Shown piece by piece: positions 29,265-40,084 of a stretch of DNA of 64,000 nucleotides. The stretch spans positions 256,001 through 320,000 of the forward strand of contig CAVSLC010000013.1 of NCBI GenBank assembly GCA_963728565.1. The letters run 5' to 3'. Position 1 is the stretch's first letter. The number at the start of each line of letters is the position of its first letter. A program made the translations under genes and the position numbers. The notes below the pieces were generated by a model. The model did not search any database, was not told the DNA's origin, and was given only the letters and a program-made list of their open reading frames with translations. Source of the stretch: an uncultured delta proteobacterium. GTDB taxonomy: Bacteria; Desulfobacterota; Binatia; UBA9968.

Positions 29265-29819
29265 ATGGCCAGTCAAAATTTGCTCAGCATGGAAGCTTTC
29301 CTGGACGGCATCAACGATGTTCTCGGGCGCGGATTTACCACCGAGGATATTCATGCTCATCTACAGAAAACGTTGATCGAGCCGGATTCCCTGCAGCGCT
29401 ACATCTTTTTTCGTCCGGAGCGCTACACCCGTAATCTGGTCTTCAAAAACGAGTTCTTTGAGTTGCTGGTTATTTGCTGGAACATCGGCCAGCGGGCGCC
29501 GGTCCACGGCCATGAAGGCGAGCGTTGCTGGAGTCGGGTCGAGCAAGGCAGCCTGTTACTGTGCAACTACCGCGAATTTTCCGAGAACCCATTAGTGGTG
29601 CGGCAAATTGGCGAACCTTATCGGGGCGAGCGCGGTCATCTCGACGGCCCGGCCGATATTCACAGCGTGGCGAATCCGTCAATGGTGCCCGCGGTTAGCC
29701 TGCACCTCTATTCTCATCCCTACGATCAATGCGATATTTACGATCTTGAGAACAATCTAAAGCAGCGCGTCCGCCTACGTTACGACAGCATCGACGGCAA
29801 GATTGTAGAACCGTTCTAG
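29265..29819 (+). CDS. Cysteine/thiol dioxygenase family
   Basis: YTRN, HGH, IHSVAN and SLHLYS motifs. Confidence 0.85.
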   Translation: MASQNLLSMEAFLDGINDVLGRGFTTEDIHAHLQKTLIEPDSLQRYIFFRPERYTRNLVFKNEFFELLVICWNIGQRAPVHGHEGERCWSRVEQGSLLLCNYREFSENPLVVRQIGEPYRGERGHLDGPADIHSVANPSMVPAVSLHLYSHPYDQCDIYDLENNLKQRVRLRYDSIDGKIVEPF

Positions 29820-30092
29820 ATCGCGCCTATCCCAACGCTGTTTGGATGCGGCATCTTCCGGCGGAGCGCCATTGCTCCTGCGGTGAAATCAATCAGACCT
29901 ACTGCCCCGACCGCCGTTAACTACAACCCAAAACGCGGTAGGAACCCACATCTGCAAGTGCACATGTTGCGTCAGTGATCATGCCATTGCGCAAGTCTTG
30001 TAAATGGGACGAGGGCAATCCTCTCATAAAGCATGATTCGGACGCGTGGCGAGCATACCCTACACAGGGAATACCATTTCGCGCCTACTCTC

Positions 30093-30107
30093 TGGCACCT
30101 GCTTTGC
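30093..30107 (+). promoter_or_regulatory. Sigma54 -24/-12 promoter
   Basis: TGGCAC-CTGCT-TTGC upstream of the hemerythrin gene. Confidence 0.7.
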
Positions 30108-30143
30108 TCGGAGCAGCGATATTCCAGTCATATGGAGGTGGAG

Positions 30144-30596
30144 ATGAACGCTTTAGATCTACTTACCCAGGATCATCAAAAGGTAAGGCAGCTCTTCGAG
30201 CAGGCGCAACAGATTCGTGATAATGACGAAAAGAAAGAACTGTTTGATCAGATCGACACTGAATTAGCTGTCCACGCCGAGATTGAAGAGACGATTTTCT
30301 ATCCAGCCTTAGAGGAACACGACGACCTGAAAGACATGGTGCGGGAGTCGCGCGAGGAACACGAGCAGGTTGAGCAGCTACTTTTAGAAATAGAGGATTT
30401 AGCGACAGAGGACACTGATTTCACTTCCCAGCTCGCGCAATTAGAGAAGACCGTTGAGCATCACGTAGCCGAGGAAGAAGGGGAGATGTTTCCCAAGGTA
30501 CGTGAGATCTTCGATAAGGCCGCGCTTGAGCGCCTTGGCAAAGAGCTCGAATCGGCTAAGGGAAATCAGATGAATCCGGGGAAACAGATTGCCTGA
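30144..30596 (+). CDS. Hemerythrin (HHE) domain protein
   Basis: DH..HAEIEE..EH..HHVAEEE; GGAGG RBS. Confidence 0.88.
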   Translation: MNALDLLTQDHQKVRQLFEQAQQIRDNDEKKELFDQIDTELAVHAEIEETIFYPALEEHDDLKDMVRESREEHEQVEQLLLEIEDLATEDTDFTSQLAQLEKTVEHHVAEEEGEMFPKVREIFDKAALERLGKELESAKGNQMNPGKQIA

Positions 30597-30724
30597 GATA
30601 CTTGCTTCTAGGTTTCCACCGGTTCGGTTCATTGTCCGCATCATCGTGCACAACATTTATCTCAGGTCGGGTGCAGATCGACTATCGGTGGGTCCTTCGA
30701 GTGAAGTTTACGTGGAATATAGAT

Positions 30725-31090
30725 ATGGCTCGAAGCGTTTTGCTAGTTGAAGATAGCTCACCTGCGCGGCGAAATATTGCGACATTTCTCGAGCGCGCCG
30801 GTTATCAAGTGGCTCAGGCAGATACAGGAGAAGATGCCGTTCGTATGCTTGAAGCCAGCGGCAATTTCGACGTGGTCGTAAGCGATTTGCGCATGCCGGG
30901 GATGATTAATGGTCTAGACGTTCTGTCCTTTCAAAATCGTATCGCTCCCCACGCCGGGTCGATTCTGATGACCGCCTTCGGCTCGGATCAGATAAGAGAT
31001 CAGACGAGACGGCTCGGCGCGGCTTATATCGAAAAGCCCGTCAAGTTGAATTCACTTCTGCTGGAGATTGAAAAACACACTAGCCGGTAG
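30725..31090 (+). CDS. Single-domain response regulator
   Basis: LLVED, SDLRMPG, MTA and EKP motifs. Confidence 0.88.
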   Translation: MARSVLLVEDSSPARRNIATFLERAGYQVAQADTGEDAVRMLEASGNFDVVVSDLRMPGMINGLDVLSFQNRIAPHAGSILMTAFGSDQIRDQTRRLGAAYIEKPVKLNSLLLEIEKHTSR

Positions 31091-31145
31091 CCCATAAATT
31101 TACCGAGACAACGCGGAAGTCAAGAATCGCCTTGGAGTCGCATCA

Positions 31146-32249
31146 TTGACACTTGATGAAGTCAAACTGATCACCGAGCTCTTACCGGACGCTTTCATTT
31201 TGCTCTCCGAGTCGGGGTCGATTCTAACTGCCAACCCGGCCGCTCTTGAGTTGTTTCGTGCGGATCATCTTATCGGTCTAGCGTTGGCTGATCTAGTAAT
31301 GGATCCGCCGTCAAAGGTCAGCGATTGGCTAAACCATTGGAGCTCCAGCCGGAGAATAAGCGCGCATTCCTTCAACTTGCAGTCAGACGGCACGGGTGTT
31401 CCCGTTCGCTGCGAGGGCCGCCTTCTTCAAGCTGGAACCACAAACAACCCTGCTCTGATTCTGGCTCGCTGCAGCCGGGAAAACGACGCCCCGGCCGCCG
31501 AGATAGTCGATCAGTTAAAAATAGAGATAGATTTGTTGCAAAAGCAGCTGATCCAGCAAAAGGCCCAAGATAGCCAACAGATAGCTGTTCTGCGCACTGC
31601 CGCTGCCGTTTTTGCGCACGAAATCGCCAACCCTTTAAATGTGGTGTCCACCTGCATGCAAATTCTCCAGACGGAGAATGAGCGACACAAAGATCGGGAT
31701 TTAGTTGGTCAGGAGATGATCGAAAGCGCATCTAGCGAGATCGAACGGTTGACGAGACTACTGAACGACTTCCGCTCCTTCGCCCGGCCTCAGGCCATTG
31801 ATTTTAGACCGACCCAGATAAGGAATGTCATCGAAGAAGCCCTCGCCTTGTATACAGCCGCCCTCAGCGCCAGAGGTATCGTCGTTGATCTTGATCTACA
31901 AACGTTGCCGGCGCTGATGCTTGATAGCGAAAAAATGAGAGAAGCTATCCTAAACGTATTGAAGAATGCTGAAGAAGCTATGCCCGGCGGCGGGCGCCTG
32001 ACGATAAGGGGCCATGTGCGGGATGAGGAAAACGTCGCGGCTGTGGAAGTCAGTGACACCGGGACTGGCGTACCGGCGGGAGTTGACGTTTTTCAACTGT
32101 TTGTGACGACCAAGCCCGGGGCATCCGGCTTAGGCTTACCGATTGCCGCTCAGATCATTGCGGCACATGGCGGGCGGATACAAAGAATCCCCGAACCAGG
32201 ACCGGGAACAACCTTCGAGATCTTACTACCGCTTTCACGAGCTTCATAA
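31146..32249 (+). CDS. PAS sensor histidine kinase
   Basis: AHEIANPL, N box, DTGTG and GLGL motifs. Confidence 0.9.
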   Translation: MTLDEVKLITELLPDAFILLSESGSILTANPAALELFRADHLIGLALADLVMDPPSKVSDWLNHWSSSRRISAHSFNLQSDGTGVPVRCEGRLLQAGTTNNPALILARCSRENDAPAAEIVDQLKIEIDLLQKQLIQQKAQDSQQIAVLRTAAAVFAHEIANPLNVVSTCMQILQTENERHKDRDLVGQEMIESASSEIERLTRLLNDFRSFARPQAIDFRPTQIRNVIEEALALYTAALSARGIVVDLDLQTLPALMLDSEKMREAILNVLKNAEEAMPGGGRLTIRGHVRDEENVAAVEVSDTGTGVPAGVDVFQLFVTTKPGASGLGLPIAAQIIAAHGGRIQRIPEPGPGTTFEILLPLSRAS

Positions 32250-32409
32250 ATTGCCTGCATTCCATCGTTGGGTGGAATCCGAATAGTCTGGCGTACTAAC
32301 CGACTCTAAGATGACCGCCTTGTGAAACTAAGTCTTAGGCGTGCGACAGCTGCTTCGAGCCATCTGTCTAAGGTTTGGAACGAAGGCGGACGTCGAACCG
32401 CATCCAGTG

Positions 32410-32424
32410 TGGCACCGGCATTGC
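32410..32424 (+). promoter_or_regulatory. Sigma54 -24/-12 promoter
   Basis: TGGCAC-CGGCA-TTGC. Confidence 0.68.
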
Positions 32425-32443
32425 TCCTTGTGGTTCGTGGCAA

Positions 32444-32890
32444 ATGAAGACCATACTGAAAGCCATCGAAGTCGATTCTCCGGTCCATCAGGTCTACAGC
32501 CGGTGGGCGCGCTTTGAAGATTTCCCGCACTTCATGCAGGGCGTCAAGAAGGTGATCCGGCTCGATGATCAGCGGCTTCACTGGAAGACGGAGTTCACTG
32601 GCGCTACAAAGGAATGGTTCGCCACCATCACGGACCTGACCCCGAATCAGCGAATTGCGTGGGAAAGCGAGGACGGCGAATACGTTGCAGGGATCGTCAC
32701 CTTCGAGCCTATTGGAACAAGCCGCACAAGACTGAATCTCAAGCTGTTCTACGATAGCAAAGGTTCCCGGCGAGCGGAGGAAAGTTTTCTTTCGTCTGCC
32801 GGCGATCGCGTCGAGAAGGACCTGGAGAGATTTAGAAAGTTCATCGAGAAGCAGGATACTTTGAACAATGCCGGAGGCAGTCAGGGATGA
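32444..32890 (+). CDS. SRPBCC/polyketide cyclase family protein
   Basis: VYSRWARFEDFPHFM..PNQRIAW..DLERFRKFIE. Confidence 0.85.
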   Translation: MKTILKAIEVDSPVHQVYSRWARFEDFPHFMQGVKKVIRLDDQRLHWKTEFTGATKEWFATITDLTPNQRIAWESEDGEYVAGIVTFEPIGTSRTRLNLKLFYDSKGSRRAEESFLSSAGDRVEKDLERFRKFIEKQDTLNNAGGSQG

Positions 32891-33085
32891 AGTTTAAAGG
32901 CGGCATCGCTAAATCAACAGGCTGTAACTTTCTCCACCGACCGAGTCCTGGACCAGGTCCAATTCCCGATCCTGACCCACCACAGCCACCACCCCACCCG
33001 TTCCCTACTCCACCGATTCCGCCTGAGCCGCCAGTTTCAGGCGCTTAGTTCGCATACCTGCCGCAAAGAATTCTAAGTCACTCGA

Positions 33086-33100
33086 TGGCATACGCGTTGC
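33086..33100 (+). promoter_or_regulatory. Sigma54 -24/-12 promoter
   Basis: TGGCAT-ACGCG-TTGC. Confidence 0.68.
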
Positions 33101-33149
33101 TTTTAGTAGAGCAAGCGTAACGGTGAGACCCGAGCGAGAGGAGGAAACC

Positions 33150-33419
33150 ATGAGAAAAGGACTTTCATTGGGCACAGCGATCATTCTGGCGGGATTTCTT
33201 GGGATTACATTGCCGGGTTGCTCGGATGATAAAAATACATCAGGAACCGGAGGCGACGCGGCAAAGAGCAGCGGCGGCGCCGTAGGTTCCAAGTCGAGTC
33301 CAGGGAGTGGTTCCAGCGCTAGTGGAACAGGGTCAGGAACTACTGGACCTGGAAGCAGTGGATCAGCAGGAAGCAGCTCTGGAGGCAGCGGAACAGGGTC
33401 TGGGGGAAGTGGATCATAG
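33150..33419 (+). CDS. Gly/Ser-rich small lipoprotein
   Basis: GAGGAGG RBS, lipobox-like LPGC and a low-complexity G/S tail. Confidence 0.7.
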   Translation: MRKGLSLGTAIILAGFLGITLPGCSDDKNTSGTGGDAAKSSGGAVGSKSSPGSGSSASGTGSGTTGPGSSGSAGSSSGGSGTGSGGSGS

Positions 33420-34191
33420 ACTAGCTCTGCAAGATAGTTAGGTCGAGCCGTTGCGCTACTATCTAGGATCGCAGCCGCGCATTGCATACATGGGACTAAC
33501 GGAGTTGGCGCGGACTTGGCGAGTGTCGCACATTCAACACGGTGCTCAATCCACACGACCGAAGCCGAATCAGATTTTCAAGTCGAGCTTGGGAACTATC
33601 AACAACCACTCGACCAGACGATCTCCCCCAAAAATGCTTGCGTAGGCCCCGGTAATTCCCAATGGGAAGAATAGCCACGTAAGAAGCCAGGCCTGCCAAG
33701 TGGCTTCGTAGCCAATCCAACCAAGCAGATAAGGAACCGCGGCGACCTCCAGGCAGATGCCACTGCTAAAAGTTAAAAGATTTCTTTTCCACTTACTGGA
33801 CTGGAGACGTATTGCTTCTGAGTCGCGAAGGCACAGAAAAAAACCGTGTAGCAACCCTGGTTCGGAACGCTTCATCTTGTGGTACCTTTCAAACGATATT
33901 TGCGATTGGATGCCGTTATACGGCCGGCTGGATCGCACGAGGCGCAATGTTAAGGCGCTATCGACGATAATGCAAATTCCTCGGCTAAAAAATCGCCAGA
34001 TTTCTTCTGGAGAGGCTGAAATCGTTTGTCGCTGGATTACCGAAGGCCGGTCCACTGTTATATCAAGCTGGTCTCGCGCCGCGCTCAAGAAGGAGCTGTC
34101 CTAAAGCGGAGCGATGACACCGCGCCTCGTTGACAGTAGCAGCCCAGGGAGAAATTCAGGAGTTCATTCATGATGGTATGGGCACAACGGC

Positions 34192-34725
34192 TCAGCTCAG
34201 GTCAGGCAACCGTTTAAACAGATGCCCGAGGCCAAAAAACAATGCCGCCGGCAGCCACACCCATTTTAATTCGCTCAGGATCACTGTGACTCCTCTGCGC
34301 GAAAAGAAAGCGCCGACTCCAATCGGTGAAACCTCTATGGGCCGGTAACGAAAAAAGTATCGTTGGTTGCTGAATGGGGCGAATAAACCGACTCCCAGGC
34401 CGCCATTCGTAAACGCATCCAGCACCGAGTGCGATAATGTCGATAAAAAGAGAAACAGAAAAATAGTCGACGGGCTGCCATGGTTCTGGAAAGACAGGAA
34501 GGTGATCATTCCGGCAAGTAGCACAGCAAAAAATATCGAATGTGTAAAGCCACGATGCCCGAGCATATCGCCGTACTTGATCCCGAACTCAAATCCGACA
34601 ACGTCCAGATCCGGGATCACCGAGCAAAGGGCGGCAGCGATCAGCAAAGAAGACGAAACGGTTTCTTGTGGAAGCAGAACCGATAAGGCGATGGGTACAG
34701 CCGGATGAGTTATGACCGTACACAT
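34192..34725 (-). CDS. Membrane metal-dependent hydrolase (YdjM/YbcI-like)
   Basis: PDLD, HRGFTHS and SHSVLDAFTNGG motifs. Confidence 0.88.
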   Translation of the reverse strand: MCTVITHPAVPIALSVLLPQETVSSSLLIAAALCSVIPDLDVVGFEFGIKYGDMLGHRGFTHSIFFAVLLAGMITFLSFQNHGSPSTIFLFLFLSTLSHSVLDAFTNGGLGVGLFAPFSNQRYFFRYRPIEVSPIGVGAFFSRRGVTVILSELKWVWLPAALFFGLGHLFKRLPDLS

Positions 34726-34774
34726 GAGCTGATATTCGCACCAATGGCGAGCAAAGCTCAACCCTTCATCTATG

Positions 34775-35488
34775 CTAGGTGATTACGCCGGCAACTCCTG
34801 ATTTGAGAAATTCACTGGCGAACTTGGGTCCGGTGGCTTCGTCTTCGTGTTTGAAGAAAACATAGGCATGATCCCAACCTTGCGAGCAAATCCGCTCTTT
34901 CCAGTGCAACAGGTCGGCGCGACTATATTCTCGACGCCGCAGTCGCAAATAACCCCAATTCGCAGTGCCGATCAGCTGACAAACTTCGCCCTCATCAGCG
35001 TCGGTCACACAGAGCGCGCTGTTGCGCGTTCGCAGCGAGTTAAAGACCTCCTCGTCCACCCAGGATCGATGCCGGAACTCAAATGCTACATGCCGATCAG
35101 CGGGCAGAAGTGATAGGAATGATCCCAGTCGCTCGAGGTCCTTTTTAAAATTGGGCGGAAGCTGGAAGAGAATGGCGCCCTGGCTTGATCCCAGCGCCGT
35201 GGCCACGCTAAACAGATCGTCGACTTCCACCGCCGCATCTTTGAGCCTCCGCGAATGGGTGATTCTTCGCGGTGCCTTGAGCACAAACCGGAAGTCCGGC
35301 GGCACCTGCTCTGCCCACGACCGAAGAACAGTTTCCGTGGGGAGGCGGTAAAAACTATTGTTGATCTCGACAGCCGCGAATCGTGAGGCATAAAAGCGCA
35401 GCATCTTCTTGGCAGGGAAGCGCTCCGGATAAAACTTGCCACGCCATTCTTTGTAGCCGAAGCCGCTGGTGCCGACCCAGAGCCTCAC
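34775..35488 (-). CDS. DUF72 family protein
   Basis: GTSGFGY..FYP, VEINNSFY, QLPP and EFRH motifs. Confidence 0.9.
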   Translation of the reverse strand: MRLWVGTSGFGYKEWRGKFYPERFPAKKMLRFYASRFAAVEINNSFYRLPTETVLRSWAEQVPPDFRFVLKAPRRITHSRRLKDAAVEVDDLFSVATALGSSQGAILFQLPPNFKKDLERLGSFLSLLPADRHVAFEFRHRSWVDEEVFNSLRTRNSALCVTDADEGEVCQLIGTANWGYLRLRRREYSRADLLHWKERICSQGWDHAYVFFKHEDEATGPKFASEFLKSGVAGVIT

Positions 35489-35980
35489 GTGTACTCGAGC
35501 CTTTTACGATAGACGTTCAATGCGGCGAGATTGCGCATAGAGTTTATTGTTATCATAGATCGGCCGCGGAGCGGTTAGTTGTGATCTGCAAGTGGTATCG
35601 TTCTTACTTTCAGTTCCCTCTCGTAGGGAAAATGTTTGCCACTGTTTAAAGCCGGCGATCGCTTACCCGAACCACATCCAGGTTCATGGGTGCGCGGCGG
35701 CGCGCTACCTACCGTTGCCGGTCGGAGCTGCACCCTTACTTTTGTCGCTAGTTAAAAAAACGCCTCAATCCAGGCCCCGATAATATCTTTCAGCGATTTT
35801 TTAAATATAATCTTAACGATGACGCTTACCCAACCGAGAAGTATGAGTGCGACCGTAGCTGTAAAGATCAGCTCTTCCATTGAAAATCTGCGACGCTTGC
35901 ACTCGATAAGCAGCCGAGATTATCCAGGACGTATTTTTGCGACGCCAACTCAAGCTGCTTGTGATACGATAAGCATGACT

Positions 35981-36250
35981 ATGGCTGTCCTGCACATCAC
36001 CTACAATCACAATCCACAGACTTCCAAATCAGGCTATGATGGTTTCTATAAAGTAATAACAAGCTACCAATACCGAAGGTTGTCGCAATCGCATTGGACG
36101 ATCAACACAGAGGAGTCGCCGCAAGCTGTCTGGCAAAAACTCAAAGAATACCTCGAGCCGAGTGACTACTTTCTCATGATGCCTCTTGATCCGACTGGGT
36201 TCTCCGCAAAAGACCGGACGGTTCTTAGTTGGTTAGCGGCGGGGCCATAA
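35981..36250 (+). CDS. Small hypothetical protein, possible Cas2/VapD-like fold
   Basis: MAVLHITYN..RLSQSHWTI..SWL pattern. Confidence 0.5.
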   Translation: MAVLHITYNHNPQTSKSGYDGFYKVITSYQYRRLSQSHWTINTEESPQAVWQKLKEYLEPSDYFLMMPLDPTGFSAKDRTVLSWLAAGP

Positions 36251-36424
36251 GCGAGCGCCGAGCCGTCTGATCCAACAAACCTATAGATTGTCGGCCATAC
36301 TTGGTGATGGATCAATGCGAATGGCGGTCGCTGCTATAAGTCTGCCCGCTCGAGTTCATTTTGAGATTGCGTGTCAGCGAACACTGTTTAGATCCAAGAA
36401 GATTGCAGCCGTTTTCAACGACGA

Positions 36425-37099
36425 CTAGTTGAGGCGACTGCTGAAATACTCCCACACGCGCTTCGACACCTCTTCTCCGGAAACTTGTGGATAGATGGTT
36501 TCGAGCTCCTCGGCGGTCAAATAACGAGGTTTTCCGGCGGACATCGCTCGCAATTGGTAATTGGCCGCTTCCTCCATCCACAAGGTCATGACACATACAC
36601 GCCGGACGTCCTTATCGGCTACATTGACCCCGTGGCCGCGCAGTAACATGGCGCCGTGATCACCCAAGGTGCTCGCCACTGCATCGCCCAGCTCACGGGT
36701 CCTGATCAGAGTAATCCGGTCGTATATCCGGACATCGTTTCGAAAAATCGCTCCCGAAGCGTGCAGAGGCCGAATCGTTTCACCCAGCGAGCTCAAAACC
36801 ACGCAGCTCGGCGGGTGGACATGGCAAATCGCCTGAACATCCGGTCTGGCTTTGTAAATCCGGGCGTGTATCCAAAATTCAGTATTAGGACGGCCATCAC
36901 CGGAGAGTTGATTTCCTTCAACATCGAGCTCGAGCAAATTGTCGGCGCGCACCAAAGCCGGGCTCATTCGTGGAGGAAAGATAAAAGTATCCGTCCCCGG
37001 TATCCGCGCGCTCACATGACCGAATGCCGCGGCGATACCCTGTTGGTGTAGTATGTGGCTGGCCTTGACAACGTCACTTTTGATCAGCTCAAGATCCAT
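36425..37099 (-). CDS. Class II aldolase/adducin family
   Basis: GHVSAR, EFWIHARIY, HVH and LLRGHG motifs. Confidence 0.9.
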   Translation of the reverse strand: MDLELIKSDVVKASHILHQQGIAAAFGHVSARIPGTDTFIFPPRMSPALVRADNLLELDVEGNQLSGDGRPNTEFWIHARIYKARPDVQAICHVHPPSCVVLSSLGETIRPLHASGAIFRNDVRIYDRITLIRTRELGDAVASTLGDHGAMLLRGHGVNVADKDVRRVCVMTLWMEEAANYQLRAMSAGKPRYLTAEELETIYPQVSGEEVSKRVWEYFSSRLN

Positions 37100-37153
37100 A
37101 AGTTACCTTCCGATGTTGGATAACGAACACTGGCGATGCGGTGATCGGTTTGA

Positions 37154-37447
37154 CTACCGCTTGATCTCATTGCCGATTAGCCGCAATACCTCATTGAACT
37201 GGCGCTGCATGGCGATCATCTGCTCGCGCATATTGAGAACCACTTCGGCGCCTTCGAAATTCACCCCCATCTCTTGAATGAGAAGGTTGGCAATGCGAAT
37301 GCGGTCAACCTGATCGGGCGGGTAGAGCTTGCGCCTTCGTTGGACGACCGGCCGAATCACGCTCTCTCGTTCGAGCTGTTGGATGAAATTCCTGTCAACC
37401 TTACAAGTTTTGATTACCTCTGTAATTTGAAAATATTTTCGTCCCAT
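37154..37447 (-). CDS. CbpM/HspR-like MerR-type chaperone modulator
   Basis: DRIRIANLLIQEMGVN motif; directly downstream of dnaJ. Confidence 0.75.
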   Translation of the reverse strand: MGRKYFQITEVIKTCKVDRNFIQQLERESVIRPVVQRRRKLYPPDQVDRIRIANLLIQEMGVNFEGAEVVLNMREQMIAMQRQFNEVLRLIGNEIKR

Positions 37448-37459
37448 CGCTTGCTCTCG

Positions 37460-38590
37460 CTATAGTCGGACGTCTTTGCGCACGTCCTCGGCGTAGGCTT
37501 GATCGATTTTGTCGATCACGTCTGCAGAGACATTATTGTCGCCGGGCACGCGAATCATAAGCCGTAAATACAGATCTCCAGCCGGGCTTTGCCCGTGCGC
37601 GGAAACGCCCTTGCCCCTGAGGCGTAGTCGTTGCCCGCTTTGCGCGCCCGCGGGAATCTTAACTTTGAGCTTGCCCATCGGTGTCGGCACTTCCACCGTC
37701 GCTCCCCGAAGCGCTTCACCGATAGTGATCGGCAAGTCCATGGATAGATCCTTGCCCGACCGCGTGAGCAGCGGGTGAGGCCGGATTCGCGGTACGATAT
37801 AGAGATCGCCTGGCGGCCCACCTCTCACTCCGGCCTCGCCCTTGCCGCGCAAGCGAATTCGTTTCGAGGGCTCGGCTCCGGGAGGGATATTGACCCGAAT
37901 CGTATCGGGCCGCAGCACTCGGCCAGAGCCTCGGCACACCGCGCAAGGATCGCCCGGCAGTTTTCCGCTGCCCATGCAACGCGGGCAGTTCTGGCGAAAC
38001 TGGAGCGGCCCCTGCGCCACCGATATACTGCCGCTGCCGCCGCACTCGGGGCACTGGGTGGGAGCGCTGCCCGGCTTAGTTCCGGAACCATTGCAGGTAT
38101 CGCAGGTGACCGGCCGCTGCAGAGTGATCGAGGTTTGAAAGCCGCGGACAGCGTCGAGAAAATCGATGTCCATAGATGACTCGATATCTTCGCCACGCAT
38201 TGAACGTTGCCGGGTTCTTCTACCGCGGCCTCCCATGCCTCCCAATCCGCCGAAGAGCTCGCTCAGATCGTCCATATTGAATTCGTAACCGCCACCTGCC
38301 CCAGCGGAAGCGGACTGTTGCTGCCATTGTTGATAGCTACGCGCCTTGTCAGCATCGAAACCGGCCGACAATCCCGCCTCACCGAATTCGTCGTACAGCT
38401 TGCGCTTCTTCTCATCGCCTAACACGTCATAGGCGGTCGAGATTTCTTTGAATTTACTTTCGGCCTCTTTGTTACCTGGGTTGATATCGGGATGGTATTT
38501 CCGGGCAAGCTTGCGATAAGCTTTGCGGATATCATCATGAGAGGCGCCGCGTTGGACACCGAGAATTTGATAGTAGTTAGCTTCAGCCAT
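37460..38590 (-). CDS. dnaJ: DnaJ chaperone
   Basis: J-domain HPD, four CxxCxGxG repeats and C-terminal domain. Confidence 0.92.
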   Translation of the reverse strand: MAEANYYQILGVQRGASHDDIRKAYRKLARKYHPDINPGNKEAESKFKEISTAYDVLGDEKKRKLYDEFGEAGLSAGFDADKARSYQQWQQQSASAGAGGGYEFNMDDLSELFGGLGGMGGRGRRTRQRSMRGEDIESSMDIDFLDAVRGFQTSITLQRPVTCDTCNGSGTKPGSAPTQCPECGGSGSISVAQGPLQFRQNCPRCMGSGKLPGDPCAVCRGSGRVLRPDTIRVNIPPGAEPSKRIRLRGKGEAGVRGGPPGDLYIVPRIRPHPLLTRSGKDLSMDLPITIGEALRGATVEVPTPMGKLKVKIPAGAQSGQRLRLRGKGVSAHGQSPAGDLYLRLMIRVPGDNNVSADVIDKIDQAYAEDVRKDVRL

Positions 38591-38676
38591 TGTACATTAG
38601 AATATCTTTGGCGCAGCCGGTTGCAAGGGGATGTACCATTTTGAAATCACCACAATGCTCAGATCTCTCGAATAAG

Positions 38677-38991
38677 CTATGGGAGCCGTAGAAGTACAAT
38701 TCCAATCACCACTAAGGCGATCCCGGCGGCAGCACGTCCGGATAATTGCTCACCAAACAAGAGCACTCCCAGAATAATAGCCAGCAGCGCCTCCAGCCCT
38801 AATACCAGGATGTAGCTCGAGGCGAGCTGTTCGTAGCGCATGGCGCGCGCTTGTATCAATGCTCCCGTGCTGAACAGCGCAGTGAGGCCCAAGGTCGGTA
38901 AAGCCTGCGTCAATCCCTGCGAATATTTCATCAGTGCTCCGCCGGTGACATACATGGTCGCGGCAATGGAATAGAGTACAAGCGTCTTCAT
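38677..38991 (-). CDS. SMR/DMT-family small transporter
   Basis: 104 aa with four TM segments. Confidence 0.7.
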   Translation of the reverse strand: MKTLVLYSIAATMYVTGGALMKYSQGLTQALPTLGLTALFSTGALIQARAMRYEQLASSYILVLGLEALLAIILGVLLFGEQLSGRAAAGIALVVIGIVLLRLP

Positions 38992-39100
38992 TGGTGGCTC
39001 CGGATAAAACTTAAATTGGCGCTGAACTTATGAGACCCAGTCGGGGATCTTCCGTCGGCAAACAACAGGCACACCTGCAGGAGGGTAGCCGATGTCGTGC

Positions 39101-39508
39101 TCAATCAGAGATTGCTCGAACTCGAAAGGATTTCGATCCGCGCGCGTTCCTATCCGTACGCGCCGATGATCTTTTCGAAGCGGCGCGGCCTGGCGCGCCT
39201 TTAAAGATGCCCGGGCGCGCTTTTTCGAGACTGCTTTCTTTTTGGCGCTTCGGCCGCGTTTGACGTCCGTCGGCGGCTTTCTTCCTGGTAGATTTCGACG
39301 TCTTCCCTCTGGCGGGCGGCGGGAGCTTCACCCTTCTCCCCTGCTTTGGATAGCCAATCGCAATCGCCTGCTTTGTCGAACCCGCGCCGGGTTTGCCGCC
39401 GCTAACGTGCTCAATCTCCTCCCGGACGAACTCCCCTGCTTGCCTGGAGGGAGCTTTTCATTCCCGCTTGGCTTTGCGCACTCTTCTGAGAGTTTGTTTC
39501 TCGGGCAT
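39101..39508 (-). pseudogene. Basic DUF6496-like protein with a premature stop
   Basis: MPEKQTLRRVRKAKRE-TGA-KAPSRQAGEFVREEIEH..STKQAIAIG..KLPPP. Confidence 0.6.
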
Positions 39509-39643
39509 GATGCCCCTTCCATTTATCTCAACTCTCTCGAGTTGTACTTCCATGCCGTCTCATTACGGAGAGCCGGGACCAAGAGACTAAGGTTGGCGTC
39601 AATGAACCTGCCTCGATCGTTAGAAGCAACGACCACCCTAGGT

Positions 39644-40084
39644 TCATTCCTGTCGCACCCAGATTTGGGTTCTGCCCAGTAAAGAAATGCCGATGAAGCC
39701 GCGGACGTGCAAGGCATTGCCGCCGTCCTCAAGCTTCATCTTAGCGCGGTAGATCTTGCCGTTCTCTGGATCCAAAACTTCCCCGCTCTGATACTCCTCG
39801 CCTTGCTTCGTTATTCCCCATAAGATGGTCATGCCGATCACCGGCTGATCCCGGCGCGAACCGCTGCACTTATCGCACTTCGGATTGGGATCTTCACCCG
39901 GCTGCGGAAACGTCTTCTCTAACCTTCCCTGATATTGGCCGTTCACCTCGGTGATTCGGACCAGTCCCCGCGGCTTGCCGGTGCTGTCGTCAATAGTTCT
40001 CCACAGGCCTATCGGCGAAGGCTCGGCGGCCAATGCGCAGGACCACCAAAGCGCGAGAAGCAGCAGCTGAACGAGCAGACTCAT
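39644..40084 (-). CDS. DUF2147 family secreted protein
   Basis: GLWRTIDD, LDPENGKIY and RGFIGISLLGRTQIW motifs. Confidence 0.88.
   Translation of the reverse strand: MSLLVQLLLLALWWSCALAAEPSPIGLWRTIDDSTGKPRGLVRITEVNGQYQGRLEKTFPQPGEDPNPKCDKCSGSRRDQPVIGMTILWGITKQGEEYQSGEVLDPENGKIYRAKMKLEDGGNALHVRGFIGISLLGRTQIWVRQE

Noticed and set aside
33005-33556. Pro-rich 183-aa minus-strand ORF
   Set aside because: It is the antisense shadow of the G/S-rich lipoprotein, which has an RBS and a sigma54 promoter.
39101-39508. In-frame TGA as a third selenoprotein
   Set aside because: The TGA falls where homologs appear to have Gly (GGA), there is no Cys/redox context, and further decay follows downstream. 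More likely a nonsense change or sequencing error.
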